Source: Eubacterium sp.
Lineage (GTDB): Bacteria > Bacillota > Clostridia > Lachnospirales > Lachnospiraceae
Reading direction: 5' to 3'
Assembly: GCA_003486385.1 (NCBI GenBank)
Contig: DNFT01000032.1
Location: 22,987 to 86,986 of the forward strand
DNA length: 64,000 bases
Shown here: piece by piece, positions 58,901-64,000 of the stretch
Numbering within the stretch: the stretch's first letter is position 1
Layout: every line of letters begins with the position of its first letter
Made by a program: the position numbers and the translations under genes
The notes under the pieces: model-generated
Database searches by the model: none
What the model was told of the DNA's origin: nothing
Seen by the model: the letters and a program-made list of their open reading frames with translations, nothing else

Positions 58901-59995
58901 TGCGTATACGGTTGTCTTACCTGCATATTTTCCTGTTATTACACCGGAATCCGATACATCCACAACATCTACAAGAGTAAGTGAAGAATCAACCGATTTC
59001 TGTCTGTCCTGAAGTGTCCAGAAATACACATTCTTATTGCCATCTAAATCCTCATAGCCAAAGTTACCTGTAAGTATGTTGGTATAGCCCTCGCTGAGTG
59101 AAACATAAGAGCCCTGCTCAACAGTGATACCGGCATCACCCTTAGAGGTATTCTTAACACCTACATACACCTGCTCGGAAAGCTTATACTGGGTTCCGTC
59201 AACCGTAGCCCAGATTCCTGATGAACCACCACCGATTGTACTGAATGATGTAACTCCCGCACCGCTCGTAAATGTAGAAGCAGACTGTGCAAGTACGCTC
59301 GGATTATATGTAAATGATACTGTATGATAATCATTGTGATATGTAGAATCAATCTGATCCTGATTCGTATATGCATTATATCTTATATCAAATACATTGG
59401 CACTTACAATAAAAGTATTGTTGGCTGCAGTCATAATGTCTGAGCCGACATAGCCAACCATGCGGAGTGGAACTCTCACGGTGAAGGTATTCTGGGAATT
59501 TGCTACAAGTTCATGGTATGTCAGACCGTCAGTATTAGAGCCGACGTTTGCAGGCTCTTTTATATTGCCATCCGCATCTGTATAATAAGCGTCCTTATAT
59601 GTAGCTGTAAGGTATGATGTACCTGCACCCACTTCACTGAGAACAGCTATACCCGGAGTTGCCTGCGAATCTCTTATCGTAAATACAGGCTGATTATTAT
59701 CATCGCTGACTGTCCAGCTATACTTAGAAGGATTAAAACGACTTGCAAAATCAGCCGGCAAAGTACCAAGCTGAGGTTCAATCTTAGCTCTGGCATCCGT
59801 CTTGGATACCGTTGAGAAATCAGTCTGCATGCTTATGCTGAACAAAAATTCCGCATCCGCCTGTACATACGCCCTGTATCCTAAAAAGGCTCCTCCCATA
59901 ATAAGCGCTAACACTGCACCTGTCGCAACCCATCTTAAATTCTTTTTCAAAATGTTCTTCAATTTACCCATTTCGGATTCACTCTCCTGTGCCAT
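55943..59995 (-). CDS. Large (1350 aa) cell-surface protein with multiple Big_2 (bacterial Ig-like) repeats
   Basis: N-terminal TM anchor. Recurring repeats of about 80 aa with a G..T(I/V).A(T/V) ending typical of Big_2. No LPxTG motif. Confidence 0.75.
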   Translation of the reverse strand: MAQESESEMGKLKNILKKNLRWVATGAVLALIMGGAFLGYRAYVQADAEFLFSISMQTDFSTVSKTDARAKIEPQLGTLPADFASRFNPSKYSWTVSDDNNQPVFTIRDSQATPGIAVLSEVGAGTSYLTATYKDAYYTDADGNIKEPANVGSNTDGLTYHELVANSQNTFTVRVPLRMVGYVGSDIMTAANNTFIVSANVFDIRYNAYTNQDQIDSTYHNDYHTVSFTYNPSVLAQSASTFTSGAGVTSFSTIGGGSSGIWATVDGTQYKLSEQVYVGVKNTSKGDAGITVEQGSYVSLSEGYTNILTGNFGYEDLDGNKNVYFWTLQDRQKSVDSSLTLVDVVDVSDSGVITGKYAGKTTVYASCKPMNESYNTDGSLKTEYASGIEVEVPYGLKFSENILVSIGDNIPLYTTAFDSNVTYSYEYNNEGAVNQIGTGLYEAVKEGTAIIKVVIERVENGVTVKTETVYAKIQVIDKLMLSKSEASINVGAKTQISAIPTSTDTTKVSNVTWKSADESIATVEWDDSSFESALDVTITGISKGKTKIYAYQTVNGVVKVASMDLTVTIPVDGITLSEPQNGKSHLTMYLGQTLTIYADLQYSDNNVPDNTELIWEASGSAQAQSLISLNPVITTGVHQSCDVTAQGLGNTTLTVYSKDNSQIVNLDIFITERPTSIELSDTNVVVAMSQKQYQLTGYVHSATDGCEQSIIWTSLNTDVVTVDRNTGLVTLVAPGSTEICATSEVDPSITAYCHIEVAQDVYGIKLDKTQLTFNVGDTYRLTATVNPDNAYDKTMVWTSSNPSVVSVENSTSYENLLTAVGSGSATIFAETNDGGFMAYCNVRVLQPVTGITLSNSEMTVRKGTEFYLNASVIPDTADDKTIAWSTSDSAIATVSSDGKVSTIGVGQCIITATNPASKVAASCTVVVLEPLTGLSLNTYYQNMVKGTKFVLLPIVEPSTASNKKVTFWSSDNDIATVDEKGVITAVKGGICEIVVTTEEGSFSQKCVIAVKEYVTSITLSDEKRYLNHGSSYTLSAKVEPESASDKGIIWTSSNESVLTVNQYGTMTGVGYGTAVVTATAADGSGVSASCIVQVIRPVTDIKLSKSKITLYVGDVFHLVATVEPADASVKKLEWTSSDPTVAKVYDDGDVEAVGVGRCKVYATSTDGNNVVAECTIIVKQIVSATSVTINSHEILMLTGKVRTLTARLFPINSTETVKWVSSDTSVVVVDSNGQITTVGPGSCQVTAYTTYGTIQDTCMVYSMAISKSSTTLEQYDTFNLYVDGAPSTAAVSWRSSNPRIATVTQRGIVTARMPGECTITATVDGKTVTCNVIVRSIDPGKFINKTNEKP

Positions 59996-60098
59996 ATTTC
60001 GTTTACCATATCCATTCTCACGGATAACTGTATATAAACAATCACATTTATTACAAAGTCTGCCTTATTATAACACAATTATTTTATATCGTCCATAT

Positions 60099-60125
60099 AA
60101 ATATGAGAAAAAAAGGCGCCGCATA
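60099..60125 (-). terminator. Intrinsic terminator of eda (GGCGC-N10-GCGCC followed by a U7 run on the minus strand)
   Basis: Hairpin plus A7 run on the plus strand, 45 nt after the eda stop. Confidence 0.65.
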
Positions 60126-60168
60126 AGCAGCGCCCAAAAGAAATATAGTTATCTTTTCAATATAGCAA

Positions 60169-61128
60169 TTACTTCTGTACAAGATGTACTCCGAAGCCGC
60201 CGAACTCGCCCTCGAAGTAGATAGCCTTAAGCTTGCCGTCCTTAACAACAGCAGAATCCTTATCGAACTTGAAGCCTCTTCTCTCAAGATGGTAGATAGC
60301 TCTCTCAATATAGTTAGTTGCAATAGCGATATGACCATGTGTTCCACGTCCGCCATTCTTCATAAGCTCGAAGCCTGTGCCTGAGAATATTGAGCTGTTG
60401 CCAACCTTCTTCTCAAAACCGAACATATCAGCAAACTTATCTGCAAGCTCCTCAGCCTCAGCCTCGCTTGCAAGGTTAACGCCCACATGTCTAACCTCAA
60501 AGCCAAGCATTTTCTCTACAGCCTGTCTTGTGAGCTTAGTAATCTCATCGAACTTACCTGCTGCAACAAGATCCTTCTTAACCATCCATGAACCACCGCA
60601 AGCGATAATCTTCTTGAAATCAAGGTATGATGTAAGGTTATCTGCGTTGATACCGCCTGTAGGCATGAACTTCATGTTAACATAAGGAGCTGACATAGCC
60701 TTAATCATAGCAAGCCCACCAGCCTGCTCTGCCGGGAAGAACTTAACAACTTCAAGACCAAGCTCTATAGCCTGCTCAACATCACTTGGGTTGGATGTAC
60801 CAGGTGTTACAGGGATACCCTTGTCAACACAGTACTTAACAACCTTAGGATTAAGGCCAGGGCTTACGATAAACTTAGCTCCTGCCTCAACTGCTCTGTC
60901 AACCTGCTCTGTTGTAAGAACGGTACCGGCACCAACTAAAAGCTCAGGGTACTTAGTTGTCATAATCTTGATTACATCTGCTGCACATGCTGTACGGAAT
61001 GTTACCTCTGCACATGGGATGCCACCCTCAACAAGTGCCTTTGCAAGAGGCTCAGCGTCCTTTGCATCATCAAGTGCTATAACAGGAACAATACCAATCT
61101 TACTAATCTCTTCTAATACTGCGTTCAT
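60169..61128 (-). CDS. eda: KDPG / KHG aldolase (Eda) with an extra C-terminal domain of about 105 aa
   Basis: N-terminal 210 aa is a canonical Eda TIM barrel (GIVPVI..., KFFPA, GG). A C-terminal extension with H/E-rich motifs (HVGVN...HGHIAIAT) is not part of a standard Eda. Confidence 0.75.
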   Translation of the reverse strand: MNAVLEEISKIGIVPVIALDDAKDAEPLAKALVEGGIPCAEVTFRTACAADVIKIMTTKYPELLVGAGTVLTTEQVDRAVEAGAKFIVSPGLNPKVVKYCVDKGIPVTPGTSNPSDVEQAIELGLEVVKFFPAEQAGGLAMIKAMSAPYVNMKFMPTGGINADNLTSYLDFKKIIACGGSWMVKKDLVAAGKFDEITKLTRQAVEKMLGFEVRHVGVNLASEAEAEELADKFADMFGFEKKVGNSSIFSGTGFELMKNGGRGTHGHIAIATNYIERAIYHLERRGFKFDKDSAVVKDGKLKAIYFEGEFGGFGVHLVQK

Positions 61129-61333
61129 TTTATCCTCATTTCTGTGCTGCCTTATATATTACCGCATGTATGTATGCAGCACTGACATGCATGCGGTTAA
61201 TTCTCATAAAATACATATATTGTATTCCATATCTGATTTGATTATAAAAAAGCCTACTTTTTTTGTCAAGTTCTCTTATTAATACAAGTTAGTACAGGCA
61301 TATAATAAAGGAATATACCCATAAAGCCGACAA

Positions 61334-62821
61334 TTACAGTGTAACTCCCTGCTTGAATATTGCCAAATCGTGGAAGCCGGCAAGCTCCGCTTTAACCCTC
61401 CTGCCTGATGCCACATCGAGAACAAGCTGGAATAACTCATCAGCAAGCTGCTCCATCGGAACATCATCTGTAACAAGACGTCCTGCATTAAAATCAATCC
61501 AGTTGCCCTTCTTGCCTGCAAGTCTTGAATTGGTCGCAATCTTGACTGTAGGTACAGGTGAAGCAAACGGAGTTCCACGCCCTGTTGTGAAAAGAACAAT
61601 CTGTGCTCCTGCTGCAGCACATGCTGTTGAAGCGACAAGGTCATTTCCCGGTGCGCTTAAAAGATTAAGTCCCTTATTCTGTACTCTTTCTCCATAAGCA
61701 AGTACGCCCTTAACCAGTGATGAGCCTGACTTCTGCGTACAGCCAAGTGACTTATCCTCAAGAGTGGTTATACCGCCATCTTTGTTTCCCGGCGAAGGAT
61801 TCTCATAAATCTCCTGACCGTTCTTTATGAAATACTCCTTAAAGTCATTGATAAGGCATACCGTCTTGTCAAAAAGCTCCCTGTTGGCGCATCTGTCCAT
61901 AAGGATTGTTTCAGCACCGAACATCTCAGGAACCTCTGTAAGTATAGTTGTTCCACCCTTTGATACAAGCATATCCGAGAAAAGACCGACTGTAGGGTTG
62001 GCAGTAATTCCTGAAAGACCATCTGAACCACCGCACTTCATTCCTATTACAAGCTCCTTTGCGCTGACCTTCTCACGCTTGAAGGCAGCTGCATAGTTCA
62101 TGAGTTCTTCCATAATCTCTGCGGCAGCCTCCTGCTCATCCTCAACATCCTGAACCTGTAGGAATTTAACTCTGTCCGGATTAACCTCTCCGATATAGTT
62201 TTTAAGAACCTCTATACGGCTGTTCTCACATCCGAGTCCAAGTACAAGAACCGCTCCCGCATTAGGATGATTGATGAGATCGGCAAGAACCGTTCTGGTG
62301 TTCTCCTGATCCTCTGTTGTCTGTGAGCATCCGTAAGGGTGTGTAAAGGCAACAACTTCATCTACACCTTCCGGCTTGTTAAGTCTTGCTGTTGCCTCAA
62401 TAGCTCTTGCTATTGAATTGACACATCCGACTGTAGGGATAATCCACACCTCATTGCGGACACCCACCTTGCCGTTCTCTCTCATGTAGCCCTCAAAGTA
62501 AGCCTCATCTGTAGGTTCAACATCTTTATGGCCTTCCGGATTATAAGTATAATCAAGAAGCTCCCCAAGAGCTGTCCTGAGGTTGTGTGTATGAATCCAT
62601 CCTCCAACCTCAACATCTGCCTGTGCATAACCGATTCTGAAGCCGTACTTTATAACAGCATCGCCCTTTTTAATCGGCTTTATAGCGAACTTATGTCCCT
62701 GAGGAACATCCTCAAGAGTTGTAACATCCGTTCCCGCAACATTCACCGTTGTGCCCTTGGCAATAGGCTTAAGGGCAACGGCAACATTATCATCTTTGTT
62801 AATCTTTATAAAATCCTGCAT
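61334..62821 (-). CDS. uxaA: Altronate dehydratase
   Basis: 495 aa with an N-terminal SAF domain plus a dehydratase domain; adjacent to uxaB. Confidence 0.9.
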   Translation of the reverse strand: MQDFIKINKDDNVAVALKPIAKGTTVNVAGTDVTTLEDVPQGHKFAIKPIKKGDAVIKYGFRIGYAQADVEVGGWIHTHNLRTALGELLDYTYNPEGHKDVEPTDEAYFEGYMRENGKVGVRNEVWIIPTVGCVNSIARAIEATARLNKPEGVDEVVAFTHPYGCSQTTEDQENTRTVLADLINHPNAGAVLVLGLGCENSRIEVLKNYIGEVNPDRVKFLQVQDVEDEQEAAAEIMEELMNYAAAFKREKVSAKELVIGMKCGGSDGLSGITANPTVGLFSDMLVSKGGTTILTEVPEMFGAETILMDRCANRELFDKTVCLINDFKEYFIKNGQEIYENPSPGNKDGGITTLEDKSLGCTQKSGSSLVKGVLAYGERVQNKGLNLLSAPGNDLVASTACAAAGAQIVLFTTGRGTPFASPVPTVKIATNSRLAGKKGNWIDFNAGRLVTDDVPMEQLADELFQLVLDVASGRRVKAELAGFHDLAIFKQGVTL

Positions 62822-62847
62822 GGATTACCTCCGATTTATTATGGCTA

Positions 62848-64000
62848 TTACTTTACAAGGTCATCAACAACAGCTCTCATTCCTCTGTTTCTTACATCAT
62901 CAATGTAACCGGCAACAGTGTCAACAAGACCATCAATCTTAGATAAATCCTCACCGCCGAAGAACTTAGTATTGCTAAGGTATGCCTGTGCGAACTCCTT
63001 AGCAGGCTTAGCTGAGTTAGCAAGGAAGAAATCAAGCACAGCCTGATCATCACGGATAGCGTACTCATCATTTCCTCTTGTACCGATAAGGCATCTTCCT
63101 CCGTTAACCTCGCCCTCCTTCTGTGTTGAGTAGAAGCACATAAGCGCTGCGATTGAGAATGTAAGGTACTTAGGAAGCTTGTTGAACTTCTTAACATAGC
63201 CTAAGAATGAAGGCATACATCTTGCCTCCCACTTAGAAACTGAGTTAAGTGAGATATCCAAAAGCTTATGCTTGATATATGGGTTCTGGAATCTTGCCGT
63301 AACCGCATCAGCGAACTCCTTGCACTCCTCTGCCGGAAGTGAAAGTGTAGGAATAATCTCATCTGAGAGAGTCTCCTCCATATACTCGCGGATAACAGCG
63401 TCATCCATTGACTGCTTAACAAGGTCATTGCCTGCAAGGTATGAAGCAAGTACGAAGGATGTGTGGGCACCGTTGAGGATACGAACCTTTCTCTCCTTGT
63501 ATGGGTGATGATCCTCTGTAAATACTACAGGAAGACCAGCCTTATCAAATGGAAGCTCCTTCTTAAGCTGCTCAAGCGGAAGATTCTTGTCTCCCTCAAT
63601 TACCCAGAGACCGAAAATCTCAGCTGTATCGATGAGCTGATCCTCATAGCCGAACTCCTTGCAGAGAGACTCTGCCTCATCTCTAGGATATCCAGGAACA
63701 ATTCTGTCTACAAGTGTCGGGCAGAATGAACATGCTGTGTCAACCCAGTTCTTGAAATCATCACCTAAGTTCCAGAGCTCGATGAACTTAACGATACACT
63801 TCTTAAGCTCAATACCATTGTCTGCGATAAGCTCACAAGGAATCATGATAAGACCCTTATCGGCTGCTCCGTTAAAATGTTCATATCTTTCATATAAGAG
63901 CTTGGTAAGCTTGCCCGGGAATGTCTTAGGCGGCTTAGCGGCAAACTCGTCTGTCTCATCAAATACAATGCCTGCCTCTGTTGTATTAGATACAACAAAT
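62848..64000 (-). CDS. uxaB: Altronate oxidoreductase (tagaturonate reductase), partial: the N-terminus lies beyond the window edge
   Basis: Mannitol-dehydrogenase-family C-terminal domain. The reading frame stays open to position 64000. Confidence 0.8.
   Translation of the reverse strand, partial: FVVSNTTEAGIVFDETDEFAAKPPKTFPGKLTKLLYERYEHFNGAADKGLIMIPCELIADNGIELKKCIVKFIELWNLGDDFKNWVDTACSFCPTLVDRIVPGYPRDEAESLCKEFGYEDQLIDTAEIFGLWVIEGDKNLPLEQLKKELPFDKAGLPVVFTEDHHPYKERKVRILNGAHTSFVLASYLAGNDLVKQSMDDAVIREYMEETLSDEIIPTLSLPAEECKEFADAVTARFQNPYIKHKLLDISLNSVSKWEARCMPSFLGYVKKFNKLPKYLTFSIAALMCFYSTQKEGEVNGGRCLIGTRGNDEYAIRDDQAVLDFFLANSAKPAKEFAQAYLSNTKFFGGEDLSKIDGLVDTVAGYIDDVRNRGMRAVVDDLVK

Noticed and set aside
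1-64000. CRISPR arrays, tRNA and rRNA genes, IS elements/transposases
   Set aside because: I found no regularly spaced direct repeats with unique spacers, no cloverleaf-compatible tRNA-like segments in the intergenic regions, and no transposase-like ORFs.

Overview
This window is a low-GC Firmicutes chromosomal segment, probably from a Lachnospiraceae-type Clostridia organism. Almost all genes run on the minus strand. It carries the classic endospore-former core block: spoIIIAA-AH, asp23, nusB, xseA, xseB, ispA, dxs, tlyA, nadK, argR, recN, spoIVB, then spo0A. Around that are nudix-spoIIM-xerD, pdp-deoB, aroF, proC, glgA, an nfnAB pair, and pectin/hexuronate genes at both window edges (kduI-kduD on the left; uxaB-uxaA-eda on the right). 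I found no rRNA, tRNA, CRISPR array, transposase or prophage genes. The non-routine content is concentrated in a few places:
- A roughly 77-nt structured element occurs twice at about 85% identity. Each copy starts 1-2 nt after a gene's stop codon and supplies the RBS of the next gene (a small membrane protein, and the glycyl-radical activase yjjW). It is built around a perfect 21-nt palindrome whose 15-nt core is also found a third time just upstream of spo0A.
- A GC-rich hairpin (GGGACAGGGG-loop-CCCCTGTCCC) occurs twice, bracketing the yjjW/yjjI glycyl-radical pair and a degraded HEPN/MNT toxin-antitoxin locus.
- An AT-rich island holds a 325-aa orphan gene. The surrounding 6.4 kb (pcp, hcp-ferredoxin, hcpR, the orphan, yfcE) separates spoIVB from spo0A, which are normally adjacent.
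- An ABC-F ATPase has a roughly 300-nt leader containing a terminator-like attenuator hairpin, suggesting an antibiotic-resistance-type protein.
- Smaller regulatory oddities: a near-identical 45-nt leader shared by spoIVB and tlyA, a perfect 16-bp palindrome in the hcp/hcpR divergent region, and a terminator triplicated in tandem whose stem also encodes the xerD stop codon.
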